From the NCBI RefSeq assembly GCF_009914755.1, contig NC_060941.1: DNA of 64,000 nucleotides, one strand, 5' to 3'. The notes beneath the pieces are model-generated. The model searched no databases. It saw only the letters and a program-made list of their open reading frames with translations, and had not been told where the DNA came from. Shown here one piece after another: positions 26,101-42,100 of the stretch. This stretch comes from the human T2T-CHM13v2.0 reference genome, Homo sapiens. Position numbers and translations under genes: made by a program. Numbering within the stretch: the stretch's first letter is position 1; every line of letters starts with the position of its first letter.

Positions 26101-27150
26101 TAAACAGAAGCATTCTCAGAACCTTCTTCGTGATGTCTGCATTCAACTCACAGTGTGGAACCTTTCTTTGATAGTTCAGGTTTGAAACACTCTTTTTGTA
26201 GAAACTGCAAGGGGATCATTGCACTTCTTTGAGGCCTACCGTAGTAAAGGAGATAACTTGCTATAAAAAGAAGACAGAAGCTTTCTCAGAAAATTCTTTG
26301 GGATGATTGAGTTGAGCAAACAGAGCTGAACACTCCTTGTGATGTAGCAGTTTAGAAACACACTTTCTGCAGAATCTGCAAGTGCATATGTGGACCTCTC
26401 TGAGGAATTCGTTGGAAACGGGATAATTTCAGCTGACTAAACAGAAGCAGTCTCAGAATCTTCTTTGTGATGTTTGCATTCAAATCCCTGAGTTGAACTT
26501 TCCTTTCCAAGTTCACGTTTGAAACACTCTTTTTGCAGGATCTACAAGTGGATATTTGGACCACTCTGTGTCCTTCGTTCGAAACGGGTATATCTTCACA
26601 TGACATCTAGACAGAAGCATTCTCAGAAGCTTCTCTGTGATGACTGCATTCAACTCACGGAGTTGAACACTCCTTTTGAGAGCGCAGTTTTGAAACTCTC
26701 TTTCTGTGGCATCTGCAAGGGGACATGTAGACCTCTTTGAAGATTTCGTTGGAAACGGAATCATCTTCACACAAAAACTATACAGATGCATTCTCAGGAA
26801 CTTTTTGGTGATGTTTGTATTCAACTCCCAGAGTTGAACTTTCCTTTGGAAAGAGCAGCTATGAAACACTCTTTTTCTAGAATCTGCAAGTGGACGTTTG
26901 GAGGGCTTTGTGGTTTGTGGTGGAAAAGGAAATATCTTCACCTAAATACTAGATAGAAGCATTCTCAGAAACTGCTTTGTGATGATTGCATTCACCTCAC
27001 AGAGTTGAACATTCCTATTGATAGAGCAGTTTGGAAACACTCTTGTTGTGGAATGTGCAAGTGGAGATTTGGAGCGCTTTGAGGCCTATGGTAGTAAAGG
27101 GAATAGCTTCATAGAAAAACTAGACAGAAGCATTCTCAGAAAATACTTTG

Positions 27151-30100
27151 TGATGATTGAGTTGAACTCACAGAGCTGAACATTCCTTTGGATGGAGCAG
27201 GTTTGAGACACACTTTTTGTAGAATCTACAAGTGGATATTTGGACCTCTCTGAGGATTTCGTTGGAAACGGGATAACTGCACCTAACTAAACGGAAGCAT
27301 TCTCAGAAACTTCTTGGTGATGTTTGCATTCAAATCCCAGAGTTGAACCTTCCTTTGAGAGTTCAGGTTTGAAACACTCTTTTTGTAGGATCTGCAAGTG
27401 GATATTTGGACCACTCTGTGGCCTTCGTTCGAAACGGGTACATCTTCGCATAAAATCTAGACAGAAGCCTTCTCAGAAACTTCTCTGTGATGATTGCATT
27501 CAACTCACAGAGTTGAACCCTCCTATGGATAGAGCAGTGTTGAAACTCTCTTTTTGTGGAATCTGCAAGCGGATATGTGGACCTCTCCGAAGATGTCTTT
27601 GGCAACGGGAATATCTTCACATAAAAACTAAACAGAAGCATTCTCAGAAACTTCTCTGTGATGTTTGTGTTCAACTCCCAGAGTTTCACATTGCTTCTCA
27701 TAGAGTAGTTCTGAAACATGCTTTTCGTAGTGTCTGCAAGTGGACATTTGGAGCGCTTTCAGGCCTGTGGTGGAAAACGAATTATGGTCACATAAAAACT
27801 GGAGAGAAGCATTGTCAGAAACTTCTTTGTGATGATTGCATTCAAGTCACAGAGTTGAAGGTTCCTTTTCAAAGAGCAGTTTCCAATCACTCTTTCTGTG
27901 GAATCTGCAAGTGGATATTTGGACCTCTTTGAAGATTTCGTTGGAAACGGGAGAATCTTCACAGAAAAGCTAAACAGAAGCATTCTCAGAAACTTCTTTG
28001 TGATGCTTGCATTCAACTCACAGAGTTGAACTTTCCTATCGAGAGAGAAGCTTTGAAACACTCTTTTTCCAGAGTCTGCAAGTGGACATTTGGAGGGCTT
28101 TGAGGCCTGTGGTGGAAAAGGAATTATCTTCCCGTAAAAGCTAGATAGAAGCATTCTCAGAAACTACTTTGTGATGATTGCATTCAAGTCACAGAGTTGA
28201 ACATTCCCTTTGACAGAGCAGTTTGGAAACTCTCTTTGTGTAGAATCTGCAAGTGGAGATATGGACCGCTTTGAGGCCTATGGTAGTAAAGGAAATAGCT
28301 TCATATAAAAGCTAGACAGTAGCATTCACAGAAAACTCTTGGTGACGACTGAGTTTAACTCACAGAGCTGAACATTCCTTTGGATGGAGCATTTTCGAAA
28401 CACACTATTTGTAGAATGTGCAAGTGGATATGTGGGCCTCTCTGAGGATTTCGTTGGAAACGGGATAAACCGCACAGAACTAAACAGAAGCATTCTCAGA
28501 ACTTTCTTCGTGATGTTTGCATTCAACTCACAGTGTTGAACCTTTCTTTGATAGTTCAGGTTTGAAACGGTCTTTCTGTAGAAACTGCAAGTAGATATTT
28601 GGACCTCTCTGAGGATTTCGTTGGAAACGGGATAAACCGCACAGAACTAAAACAGAAGCATTCTCAGAACCCTCTTGGTGATGTTTGCATTCAACTCACG
28701 GTGCTGAACGTTTCTTTGATAGTTCAGCTTTGAAACACTCTTTTTGTAGAAACTGCAAGTGGATATTTGGTCCTCTCTGAGGATTTCGTTGGAAACGGGA
28801 TAAACCGCACAGAACTAAACAGAAGCATTCTCAGAACCTTCTTCGTGATGTCTGCATTCAACTCACAGTGTGGAACCTTTCTTTGATAGTTCAGGTTTGA
28901 AACACTCTTTTTGTAGAAACTGCAAGGGGATCATTGCACTTCTTTGAGGCCTACCGTAGTAAAGGAGATAACTTGCTATAAAAAGAAGACAGAAGCTTTC
29001 TCAGAAAATTCTTTGGGATGATTGAGTTGAGCAAACAGAGCTGAACACTCCTTGTGTTGTAGCAGTTTAGAAACACACTTTCTGCAGAATCTGCAAGTGC
29101 ATATGTGGACCTCTCTGAGGAATTCGTTGGAAACGGGATAATTTCAGCTGACTAAACAGAAGCAGTCTCAGAATCTTCTTTGTGATGTTTGCATTCAAAT
29201 CCCTGAGTTGAACTTTCCTTTCCAAGTTCACGTTTGAAACACTCTTTTTGCAGGATCTACAAGTGGATATTTGGACCTCTCTGTGTCCTTCGTTCGAAAC
29301 GGGTATATCTTCACATGACATCTAGACAGAAGCATTCTCAGAAGCTTCTCTGTGATGACTGCATTCAACTCACGGAGTTGAACACTCCTTTTGAGAGCGC
29401 AGTTTTGAAACTCTCTTTCTGTGGCATCTGCAAGGGGACATGTAGACCTCTTTGAAGATTTCGTTGGAAACGGAATCATCTTCACATAAAAACTATACAG
29501 ATGCATTCTCAGGAACTTTTTGGTGATGTTTGTATTCAACTCCCAGAGTTGAACTTTCCTTTGGAAAGAGCAGCTATGAAACACTCTTTTTCTAGAATCT
29601 TCAAGTGGACGTTTGGAGGGCTTTGTGGTTTGTGGTGGAAAAGGAAATATCTTCACCTAAATACTAGATAGAAGCATTCTCAGAAACTGCTTTGTGATGA
29701 TTGCATTCACCTCACAGAGTTGAACATTCCTATTGATAGAGCAGTTTGGAAACACTCTTGTTGTGGAATGTGCAAGTGGAGATTTGGAGCGCTTTGAGGC
29801 CTATGGTAGTAAAGGGAATAGCTTCATAGAAAAACTAGACAGAAGCATTCTCAGAAAATACTTTGTGATGATTGAGTTGAACTCACAGAGCTGAACATTC
29901 CTTTGGATGGAGCAGGTTTGAGACACACTTTTTGTAGAATCTACAAGTGGATATTTGGACCTCTCTGAGGATTTCGTTGGAAACGGGATAACTGCACCTA
30001 ACTAAACGGAAGCATTCTCAGAAACTTCTTGGTGATGTTTGCATTCAAATCCCAGAGTTGAACCTTCCTTTGAGAGTTCAGGTTTGAAACACTCTTTTTG

Positions 30101-33100
30101 TAGGATCTGCAAGTGGATATTTGGACCACTCTGTGGCCTTCGTTCGAAACGGGTACATCTTCGCATAAAATCTAGACAGAAGCCTTCTCAGAAACTTCTC
30201 TGTGATGATTGCATTCAACTCACAGAGTTGAACCCTCCTATGGATAGAGCAGTGTTGAAACTCTCTTTTTGTGGAATCTGCAAGCGGATATGTGGACCTC
30301 TCCGAAGATGTCTTTGGCAACGGGAATATCGTCACATAAAAACTAAACAGAAGCATTCTCAGAAACTTCTCTGTGATGTTTGTGTTCAACTCCCAGAGTT
30401 TCACATTGCTTCTCATAGAGTAGTTCTGAAACATGCTTTTCGTAGTGTCTGCAAGTGGACATTTGGAGCGCTTTCAGGCCTGTGGTGGAAAACGAATTAT
30501 GGTCACATAAAAACGGGAGAGAAGCATTGTCAGAAACTTCTTTGTGATGATTGCATTCAAGTCACAGAGTTGAAGGTTCCTTTTCAAAGAGCAGTTTCCA
30601 ATCACTCTTTCTGTGGAATCTGCAAGTGGATATTTGGACCTCTTTGAAGATTTCGTTGGAAACGGGAGAATCTTCACAGAAAAGCTAAACAGAAGCATTC
30701 TCAGAAACTTCTTTGTGATGCTTGCATTCAACTCACAGAGTTGAACTTTCCTTTCGAGAGAGAAGCTTTGAAACACTCTTTTTCCAGAATCTGCAAGTGG
30801 ACATTTGGAGGGCTTTGAGGCCTGTGGTGGAAAAGGAATTATCATCCCGTAAAAGCTAGATAGAAGCATTCTCAGAAACTACTTTGTGATGATTGCATTC
30901 AAGTCACAGAGTTGAACATTCCCTTTGACAGAGCAGTTTGGAAACTCTCTTTGTGTAGAATCTGCAAGTGGAGATATGGACCGCTTTGAGGCCTATGGTA
31001 GTAAAGGAAATAGCTTCATATAAAAGCTAGACAGTAGCATTCACAGAAAACCCTTGGTGACGACTGAGTTTAACTCACAGAGCTGAACATTCCTTTGGAT
31101 GGAGCAGTTTCGAAACACACTATTTCTAGAAGGTGCAAGTGGATATGTGGGCCTCTCTGAGGATTTCGTTGGAAACGGGATAAACCGCAGAGAACTAAAC
31201 AGAAGCATTCTCAGAACTTTCTTCGTGATGTTTGCATTCAACTCACAGTGTTGAACCTTTCTTTGATAGTTCAGGTTTGAAACGGTCTTTCTGTAGAAAC
31301 TGCAAGTAGATATTTGGACCTCTCTGAGGATTTCGTTGGAAACGGGATAAACCGCACAGAACTAAAACAGAAGCATTCTCAGAACCCTCTTGGTGATGTT
31401 TGCATTCAACTCACGGTGCTGAACCTTTCTTTGATAGTTCAGCTTTGAAACACTCTTTTTGTAGAAACTGCAAGTGGATATTTGGTCCTCTCTGAGGATT
31501 TCGTTGGAAACGGGATAAACCGCACAGAACTAAACAGAAGCATTCTCAGAACCTTCTTCGTGATGTCTGCATTCAACTCACAGTGTGGAACCTTTCTTTG
31601 ATAGTTCAGGTTTGAAACACTCTTTTTGTAGAAACTGCAAGGGGATCATTGCACTTCTTTGAGGCCTACCGTAGTAAAGGAGATAACTTGCTATAAAAAG
31701 AAGACAGAAGCTTTCTCAGAAAATTCTTTGGGATGATTGAGTTGAGCAAACCGAGCTGAACACTCCTTGTGATGTAGCAGTTTAGAAACACACTTTCTGC
31801 AGAATCTGCAAGTGCATATGTGGACCTCTCTGAGGAATTCGTTGGAAACGGGATAATTTCAGCTGACTAAACAGAAGCAGTCTCAGAATCTTCTTTGTGA
31901 TGTTTGCATTCAAATCCCTGAGTTGAACTTTCCTTTCCAAGTTCACGTTTGAAACACTCTTTTTGCAGGATCTACAAGTGGATATTTGGACCACTCTGTG
32001 TCCTTCGTTCGAAACGGGTATATCTTCACATGACATCTAGACAGAAGCATTCTCAGAAGCTTCTCTGTGATGACTGCATTCAACTCACGGAGTTGAACAC
32101 TCCTTTTGAGAGCGCAGTTTTGAAACTCTCTTTCTGTGGCATCTGCAAGGGGACATGTAGACCTCTTTGAAGATTTCGTTGGAAACGGAATCATCTTCAC
32201 ATAAAAACTATACAGATGCATTCTCAGGAACTTTTTGGTGATGTTTGTATTCAACTCCCAGAGTTGAACTTTCCTTTGGAAAGAGCAGCTATGAAACACT
32301 CTTTTTCTAGAATCTGCAAGTGGACGTTTGGAGGGCTTTGTGGTTTGTGGTGGAAAAGGAAATATCTTCACCTAAATACTAGATAGAAGCATTCTCAGAA
32401 ACTGCTTTGTGATGATTGCATTCACCTCACAGAGTTGAACATTCCTATTGATAGAGCAGTTTGGAAACACTCTTGTTGTGGAATGTGCAAGTGGAGATTT
32501 GGAGCGCTTTGAGGCCTATGGTAGTAAAGGGAATAGCTTCATAGAAAAACTAGACAGAAGCATTCTCAGAAAATACTTTGTGATGATTGAGTTGAACTCA
32601 CAGAGCTGAACATTCCTTTGGATGGAGCAGGTTTGAGACACACTTTTTGTAGAATCTACAAGTGGATATTTGGACCTCTCTGAGGATTTCGTTGGAAACG
32701 GGATAACTGCACCTAACTAAACGGAAGCATTCTCAGAAACTTCTTGGTGATGTTTGCATTCAAATCCCAGAGTTGAACCTTCCTTTGAGAGTTCAGGTTT
32801 GAAACACTCTTTTTGTAGGATCTGCAAGTGGATATTTGGACCACTCTGTGGCCTTCGTTCGAAACGGGTACATCTTCGCATAAAATCTAGACAGAAGCCT
32901 TCTCAGAAACTTCTCTGTGATGATTGCATTCAACTCACAGAGTTGAACCCTCCTATGGATAGAGCAGTGTTGAAACTCTCTTTTTGTGGAATCTGCAAGC
33001 GGATATGTGGACCTCTCCGAAGATGTCTTTGGAAACGGGAATATCTTCACATAAAAACTAAACAGAAGCATTCTCAGAAACTTCTCTGTGATGTTTGTGT

Positions 33101-36100
33101 TCAACTCCCAGAGTTTCACATTGCTTCTCATAGAGTAGTTCTGAAACATGCTTTTCGTAGTGTCTGCAAGTGGACATTTGGAGCGCTTTCAGGCCTGTGG
33201 TGGAAAACGAATTATGGTCACATAAAAACTGGAGAGAAGCATTGTCAGAAACTTCTTTGTGATGATTGCATACAAGTCACAGAGTTGAAGGTTCCTTTTC
33301 AAAGAGCAGTTTCCAATCACTCTTTCTGTGGAATCTGCAAGTGGATATTTGGACCTCTTTGAAGATTTCGTTGGAAACGGGAGAATCTTCACAGAAAAGC
33401 TAAACAGAAGCATTCTCAGAAACTTCTTTGTGATGCTTGCATTCAACTCACAGAGTTGAACTTTCCTTTCGAGAGAGAAGCTTTGAAACAGTCTTTTTCC
33501 AGAATCTGCAAGTGGACATTTGGAGGGCTTTGAGGCCTGTGGTGGAAAAGGAATTATCTTCCCGTAAAAGCTAGATAGAAGCATTCTCAGAAACTACTTT
33601 GTGATGATTGCATTCAAGTCACAGAGTTGAACATTCCCTATGACAGAGCAGTTTGGAAACTCTCTTTGTGTAGAATCTGCAAGTGGAGATATGGACCGCT
33701 TTGAGGCCTATGGTAGTAAAGGAAAGAGCTTCATATAAAAGCTAGACAGTAGCTTTCACAGAAAACTCTTGGTGACGACTGAGTTTAACTCACAGAGCTG
33801 AACATTCCTTTGGATGGAGCAGTTTCGAAACACACTATTTGTAGAATGTGCAAGTGGATATGTGGGCCTCTCTGAGGATTTCGTTGGAAACGGGATAAAC
33901 CGCCCAGAACTAAACAGAAGCATTCTCAGAACCTTCTTCGTGATGTTTGCATTCAACTCACAGTGTTGAACCTTTCTTTGATAGTTCAGGTTTGAAACGG
34001 TCTTTCTGTAGAAACTGCAAGTAGATATTTGGACCTCTCTGAGGATTTCGTTAGAAACCGGATAAACCGCACAGAACTAAAACAGAAGCATTCTCAGAAC
34101 CCTCTTCGTGATGTTTGCATTCAACCCACGGTGCTGAACCTTTCTTTGATAGTTCAGCTTTGAAACACTCTTTTTGTAGAAACTGCAAGTGGATATTTGG
34201 TCCTCTCTGAGGATTTCGTTGGAAACGGGATAAACCGCACAGAACTAAACAGAAGCATTCTCAGAACCTTCTTCGTGATGTCTGCGTTCAACTCACAGTG
34301 TGGAACCTTTCTTTGATAGTTCAGGTTTGAAACACTCTTTTTGTAGAAACTGCAAGGGGATCATTGCACTTCTTTGAGGCCTACCGTAGTAAAGGAGATA
34401 ACTTCCTACAAAAAGAAGACAGAAGCTTTCTCAGAAAATTCTTTGGGATGATTGAGTTGAGCAAACAGAGCTGAACACTCCTTGCGATGTAGCAGTTTAG
34501 AAACACACTTTCTGCAGAATCTGCAAGTGCATATGTGGACCTCTCTGAGGAATTCGTTGGAAACGGGATAATTTCAGCTGACTAAACAGAAGCAGTCTCA
34601 GAATCTTCTTTGTGATGTTTGCATTCAAATCCCAGAGTTGAACTTTTCTTTCCAAGTTGACGTTTGAAACACTCTTTTTGCAGGATCTACAAGTGGATAT
34701 TTGGACCACTCTGTGTCCTTCGTTCGAAACGGGTATATCTTCACATGACATCTAGACAGAAGCATTCTCAGAAGCTTCTCTGTGATGACTGCATTCAACT
34801 CACGGGGTTGAACACTCCTTTTGAGAGCGCAGTTTTGAAACTCTCTTTCTGTGGCATCTGCAAGGGGACATGTAGACCTCTTTGAAGATTTCGTTGGAAA
34901 CGGAATCATCTTCACATCAAAACTATACAGATGCATTCTCAGGAACTTTTTGGTGATGTTTGTATTCAACTCCCAGAGTTGAACTTTCCTTTGGAAAGAG
35001 CAGCTATGAAACACTCTTTTTCTAGAATCTGCAAGTGGACGTTTGGAGGGCTTTGTGGTTTGTGGTGGAAAAGGAATTATCTTCACCTAAATACTAGATA
35101 GAAGCATTCTCAGAAACTGCTTTGTGATGATTGCATTCACCTCACAGAGTTGAACATTCCTATTGATAGAGCAGTTTGGAAACACTCTTGTTGTGGAATG
35201 TGCAAGTGGAGATTTGGAGCGCTTTGAGGCCTATGGTAGTAAAGGGAATAGCTTCATAGAAAAACTAGACAGAAGCATTCTCAGAAAATACTTTGTGATG
35301 ATTGAGTTGAACTCACAGAGCTGAACATTCCTTTGGATGGAGCAGGTTTGAGACACACTTTTTGTAGAATCTACAAGTGGATATTTGGACCTCTCTGAGG
35401 ATTTCGTTGGAAACGGGATAACTGCACCTAACTAAACGGAAGCATTCTCAGAAACTTCTTGGTGATGTTTGCATTCAAATCCCAGAGTTGAACCTTCCTT
35501 TGAGAGTTCAGGTTTGAAACACTCTTTTTGTAGGATCTGCAAGTGGATATTTGGACCACTCTGTGGCCTTCGTTCGAAACGGGTACATCTTCGCATAAAA
35601 TCTAGACAGAAGCCTTCTCAGAAACTTCTCTGTGATGATTGCATTCAACTCACAGATTTGAACCCTCCTATGGATAGAGCAGTGTTGAAACTCTCTTTTT
35701 GTGGAATCTGCAAGCGGATATGTGGACCTCTCCGAAGATGTCTTTGGCAACGGGAATATCTTCACATAAAAACTAAACAGAAGCATTCTCAGAAACTTCT
35801 CTGTGATGTTTGTGTTCAACTCCCAGAGTTTCACATTGCTTCTCATAGAGTAGTTCTGAAACATGCTTTTCGTAGTGTCTGCAAGTGGACATTTGGAGCG
35901 CTTTCAGGCCTGTGGTGGAAAACGAATTATGGTCACATAAAAACTGGAGAGAAGCATTGTCAGAAACTTCTTTGTGATGATTGCATTCAAGTCACAGAGT
36001 TGAAGGTTCCTTTTCAAAGAGCAGTTTCCAATCACTCTTTCTGTGGAATCTGCAAGTGGATATTTGGACCTCTTTGAAGATTTCGTTGGAAACGGGAGAA

Positions 36101-39100
36101 TCTTCACAGAAAAGCTAAACAGAAGCATTCTCAGAAACTTCTTTGTGATGCTTGCATTCAACTCACAGAGTTGAACTTTCCTATCGAGAGAGAAGCTTTG
36201 AAACACTCTTTTTCCAGAGTCTGCAAGTGGACATTTGGAGGGCTTTGAGGCCTGTGGTGGAAAAGGAATTATCTTCCCGTAAAAGCTAGATAGAAGCATT
36301 CTCAGAAACTACTTTGTGATGATTGCATTCAAGTCACAGAGTTGAACATTCCCTTTGACAGAGCAGTTTGGAAACTCTCTTTGTGTAGAATCTGCAAGTG
36401 GAGATATGGACCGCTTTGAGGCCTATGGTAGTAAAGGAAATAGCTTCATATAAAAGCTAGACAGTAGCATTCACAGAAAACTCTTGGTGACGACTGAGTT
36501 TAACTCACAGAGCTGAACATTCCTTTGGATGGAGCATTTTCGAAACACACTATTTGTAGAATGTGCAAGTGGATATGTGGGCCTCTCTGAGGATTTCGTT
36601 GGAAACGGGATAAACCGCACAGAACTAAACAGAAGCATTCTCAGAACTTTCTTCGTGATGTTTGCATTCAACTCACAGTGTTGAACCTTTCTTTGATAGT
36701 TCAGGTTTGAAACGGTCTTTCTGTAGAAACTGCAAGTAGATATTTGGACCTCTCTGAGGATTTCGTTGGAAACGGGATAAACCGCACAGAACTAAAACAG
36801 AAGCATTCTCAGAACCCTCTTGGTGATGTTTGCATTCAACTCACGGTGCTGAACCTTTCTTTGATAGTTCAGCTTTGAAACACTCTTTTTGTAGAAACTG
36901 CAAGTGGATATTTGGTCCTCTCTGAGGATTTCGTTGGAAACGGGATAAACCGCACAGAAATAAACAGAAGCATTCTCAGAACCTTCTTCGTGATGTCTGC
37001 ATTCAACTCACAGTGTGGAACCTTTCTTTGATAGTTCAGGTTTGAAAGACTCTTTTTGTAGAAACTGCAAGGGGATCATTGCACTTCTTTGAGGCCTACC
37101 GTAGTAAAGGAGATAACTTGCTATAAAAAGAAGACAGAAGCTTTCTCAGAAAATTCTTTGGGATGATTGAGTTGAGCAAACAGAGCTGAACACTCCTTGT
37201 GTTGTAGCAGTTTAGAAACACACTTTCTGCAGAATCTGCAAGTGCATATGTGGACCTCTCTGAGGAATTCGTTGGAAACGGGATAATTTCAGCTGACTAA
37301 ACAGAAGCAGTCTCAGAATCTTCTTTGTGATGTTTGCATTCAAATCCCTGAGTTGAACTTTCCTTTCCAAGTTCACGTTTGAAACACTCTTTTTGCAGGA
37401 TCTACAAGTGGATATTTGGACCACTCTGTGTCCTTCGTTCGAAACGGGTATATCTTCACATGACATCTAGACAGAAGCATTCTCAGAAGCTTCTCTGTGA
37501 TGACTGCATTCAACTCACGGAGTTGAACACTCCTTTTGAGAGCGCAGTTTTGAAACTCTCTTTCTGTGGCATCTGCAAGGGGACATGTAGACCTCTTTGA
37601 AGATTTCGTTGGAAACGGAATCATCTTCACATAAAAACTATACAGATGCATTCTCAGGAACTTTTTGGTGATGTTTGTATTCAACTCCCAGAGTTGAACT
37701 TTCCTTTGGAAAGAGCAGCTATGAAACACTCTTTTTCTAGAATCTTCAAGTGGACGTTTGGAGGGCTTTGTGGTTTGTGGTGGAAAAGGAAATATCTTCA
37801 CCTAAATACTAGATAGAAGCATTCTCAGAAACTGCTTTGTGATGATTGCATTCACCTCACAGAGTTGAACATTCCTATTGATAGAGCAGTTTGGAAACAC
37901 TCTTGTTGTGGAATGTGCAAGTGGAGATTTGGAGCGCTTTGAGGCCTATGGTAGTAAAGGGAATAGCTTCATAGAAAAACTAGACAGAAGCATTCTCAGA
38001 AAATACTTTGTGATGATTGAGTTGAACTCACAGAGCTGAACATTCCTTTGGATGGAGCAGGTTTGAGACACACTTTTTGTAGAATCTACAAGTGGATATT
38101 TGGACCTCTCTGAGGATTTCGTTGGAAACGGGATAACTGCACCTAACTAAACGGAAGCATTCTCAGAAACTTCTTGGTGATGTTTGCATTCAAATCCCAG
38201 AGTTGAACCTTCCTTTGAGAGTTCAGGTTTGAAACACTCTTTTTGTAGGATCTGCAAGTGGATATTTGGACCACTCTGTGGCCTTCGTTCGAAACGGGTA
38301 CATCTTCGCTTAAAATCTAGACAGAAGCCTTCTCAGAAACTTCTCTGTGATGATTGCATTCAACTCACAGAGTTGAACCCTCCTATGGATAGAGCAGTGT
38401 TGAAACTCTCTTTTTGTGGAATCTGCAAGCGGATATGTGGACCTCTCCGAAGATGTCTTTGGAAACGGGAATATCTTCACATAAAAACTAAACAGAAGCA
38501 TTCTCAGAAACTTCTCTGTGATGTTTGTGTTCAACTCCCAGAGTTTCACATTGCTTCTCATAGAGTAGTTCTGAAACATGCTTTTCGTAGTGTCTGCAAG
38601 TGGACATTTGGAGCGCTTTCAGGCCTGTGGTGGAAAACGAATTATGGTCACATAAAAACGGGAGAGAAGCATTGTCAGAAACTTCTTTGTGATGATTGCA
38701 TTCAAGTCACAGAGTTGAAGGTTCCTTTTCAAAGAGCAGTTTCCAATCACTCTTTCTGTGGAATCTGCAAGTGGATATTTGGACCTCTTTGAAGATTTCG
38801 TTGGAAACGGGAGAATCTTCACAGAAAAGCTAAACAGAAGCATTCTCAGAAACTTCTTTGTGATGCTTGCATTCAACTCACAGAGTTGAACTTTCCTTTC
38901 GAGAGAGAAGCTTTGAAACACTCTTTTTCCAGAATCTGCAAGTGGACATTTGGAGGGCTTTGAGGCCTGTGGTGGAAAAGGAATTATCATCCCGTAAAAG
39001 CTAGATAGAAGCATTCTCAGAAACTACTTTGTGATGATTGCATTCAAGTCACAGAGTTGAACATTCCCTTTGACAGAGCAGTTTGGAAACTCTCTTTGTG

Positions 39101-42100
39101 TAGAATCTGCAAGTGGAGATATGGACCGCTTTGAGGCCTATGGTAGTAAAGGAAATAGCTTCATATAAAAGCTAGACAGTAGCATTCACAGAAAACTCTT
39201 GGTGACGACTGAGTTTAACTCACAGAGCTGAACATTCCTTTGGATGGAGCAGTTTCGAAACACACTATTTCTAGAAGGTGCAAGTGGATATGTGGGCCTC
39301 TCTGAGGATTTCGTTGGAAACGGGATAAACCGCAGAGAACTAAACAGAAGCATTCTCAGAACTTTCTTCGTGATGTTTGCATTCAACTCACAGTGTTGAA
39401 CCTTTCTTTGATAGTTCAGGTTTGAAACGGTCTTTCTGTAGAAACTGCAAGTAGATATTTGGACCTCTCTGAGGATTTCGTTGGAAACGGGATAAACCGC
39501 ACAGAACTAAAACAGAAGCATTCTCAGAACCCTCTTGGTGATGTTTGCATTCAACTCACGGTGCTGAACCTTTCTTTGATAGTTCAGCTTTGAAACACTC
39601 TTTTTGTAGAAACTGCAAGTGGATATTTGGTCCTCTCTGAGGATTTCGTTGGAAACGGGATAAACCGCACAGAACTAAACAGAAGCATTCTCAGAACCTT
39701 CTTCGTGATGTCTGCATTCAACTCACAGTGTGGAACCTTTCTTTGATAGTTCAGGTTTGAAACACTCTTTTTGTAGAAACTGCAAGGGGATCATTGCACT
39801 TCTTTGAGGCCTACCGTAGTAAAGGAGATAACTTGCTATAAAAAGAAGACAGAAGCTTTCTCAGAAAATTCTTTGGGATGATTGAGTTGAGCAAACAGAG
39901 CTGAACACTCCTTGTGATGTAGCAGTTTAGAAACACACTTTCTGCAGAATCTGCAAGTGCATATGTGGACCTCTCTGAGGAATTCGTTGGAAACGGGATA
40001 ATTTCAGCTGACTAAACAGAAGCAGTCTCAGAATCTTCTTTGTGATGTTTGCATTCAAATCCCTGAGTTGAACTTTCCTTTCCAAGTTCACGTTTGAAAC
40101 ACTCTTTTTGCAGGATCTACAAGTGGATATTTGGACCACTCTGTGTCCTTCGTTCGAAACGGGTATATCTTCACATGACATCTAGACAGAAGCATTCTCA
40201 GAAGCTTCTCTGTGATGACTGCATTCAACTCACGGAGTTGAACACTCCTTTTGAGAGCGCAGTTTTGAAACTCTCTTTCTGTGGCATCTGCAAGGGGACA
40301 TGTAGACCTCTTTGAAGATTTCGTTGGAAACGGAATCATCTTCACATAAAAACTATACAGATGCATTCTCAGGAACTTTTTGGTGATGTTTGTATTCAAC
40401 TCCCAGAGTTGAACTTTCCTTTGGAAAGAGCAGCTATGAAACACTCTTTTTCTAGAATCTGCAAGTGGACGTTTGGAGGGCTTTGTGGTTTGTGGTGGAA
40501 AAGGAAATATCTTCACCTAAATACTAGATAGAAGCATTCTCAGAAACTGCTTTGTGATGATTGCATTCACCTCACAGAGTTGAACATTCCTATTGATAGA
40601 GCAGTTTGGAAACACTCTTGTTGTGGAATGTGCAAGTGGAGATTTGGAGCGCTTTGAGGCCTATGGTAGTAAAGGGAATAGCTTCATAGAAAAACTAGAC
40701 AGAAGCATTCTCAGAAAATACTTTGTGATGATTGAGTTGAACTCACAGAGCTGAACATTCCTTTGGATGGAGCAGGTTTGAGACACACTTTTTGTAGAAT
40801 CTACAAGTGGATATTTGGACCTCTCTGAGGATTTCGTTGGAAACGGGATAACTGCACCTAACTAAACGGAAGCATTCTCAGAAACTTCTTGGTGATGTTT
40901 GCATTCAAATCCCAGAGTTGAACCTTCCTTTGAGAGTTCAGGTTTGAAACACTCTTTTTGTAGGATCTGCAAGTGGATATTTGGACCACTCTGTGGCCTT
41001 CGTTCGAAACGGGTACATCTTCGCATAAAATCTAGACAGAAGCCTTCTCAGAAACTTCTCTGTGATGATTGCATTCAACTCACAGAGTTGAACCCTCCTA
41101 TGGATAGAGCAGTGTTGAAACTCTCTTTTTGTGGAATCTGCAAGCGGATATGTGGACCTCTCCGAAGATGTCTTTGGCAACGGGAATATCTTCACATAAA
41201 AACTAAACAGAAGCATTCTCAGAAACTTCTCTGTGATGTTTGTGTTCAACTCCCAGAGTTTCACATTGCTTCTCATAGAGTAGTTCTGAAACATGCTTTT
41301 CGTAGTGTCTGCAAGTGGACATTTGGAGCGCTTTCAGGCCTGTGGTGGAAAACGAATTATGGTCACATAAAAACTGGAGAGAAGCATTGTCAGAAACTTC
41401 TTTGTGATGATTGCATACAAGTCACAGAGTTGAAGGTTCCTTTTCAAAGAGCAGTTTCCAATCACTCTTTCTGTGGAATCTGCAAGTGGATATTTGGACC
41501 TCTTTGAAGATTTCGTTGGAAACGGGAGAATCTTCACAGAAAAGCTAAACAGAAGCATTCTCAGAAACTTCTTTGTGATGCTTGCATTCAACTCACAGAG
41601 TTGAACTTTCCTTTCGAGAGAGAAGCTTTGAAACAGTCTTTTTCCAGAATCTGCAAGTGGACATTTGGAGGGCTTTGAGGCCTGTGGTGGAAAAGGAATT
41701 ATCTTCCCGTAAAAGCTAGATAGAAGCATTCTCAGAAACTACTTTGTGATGATTGCATTCAAGTCACAGAGTTGAACATTCCCTTTGACAGAGCAGTTTG
41801 GAAACTCTCTTTGTGTAGAATCTGCAAGTGGAGATATGGACCGCTTTGAGGCCTATGGTAGTAAAGGAAAGAGCTTCATATAAAAGCTAGACAGTAGCTT
41901 TCACAGAAAACTCTTGGTGACGACTGAGTTTAACTCACAGAGCTGAACATTCCTTTGGATGGAGCAGTTTCGAAACACACTATTTGTAGAATGTGCAAGT
42001 GGATATGTGGGCCTCTCTGAGGATTTCGTTGGAAACGGGATAAACCGCCCAGAACTAAACAGAAGCATTCTCAGAACCTTCTTCGTGATGTTTGCATTCA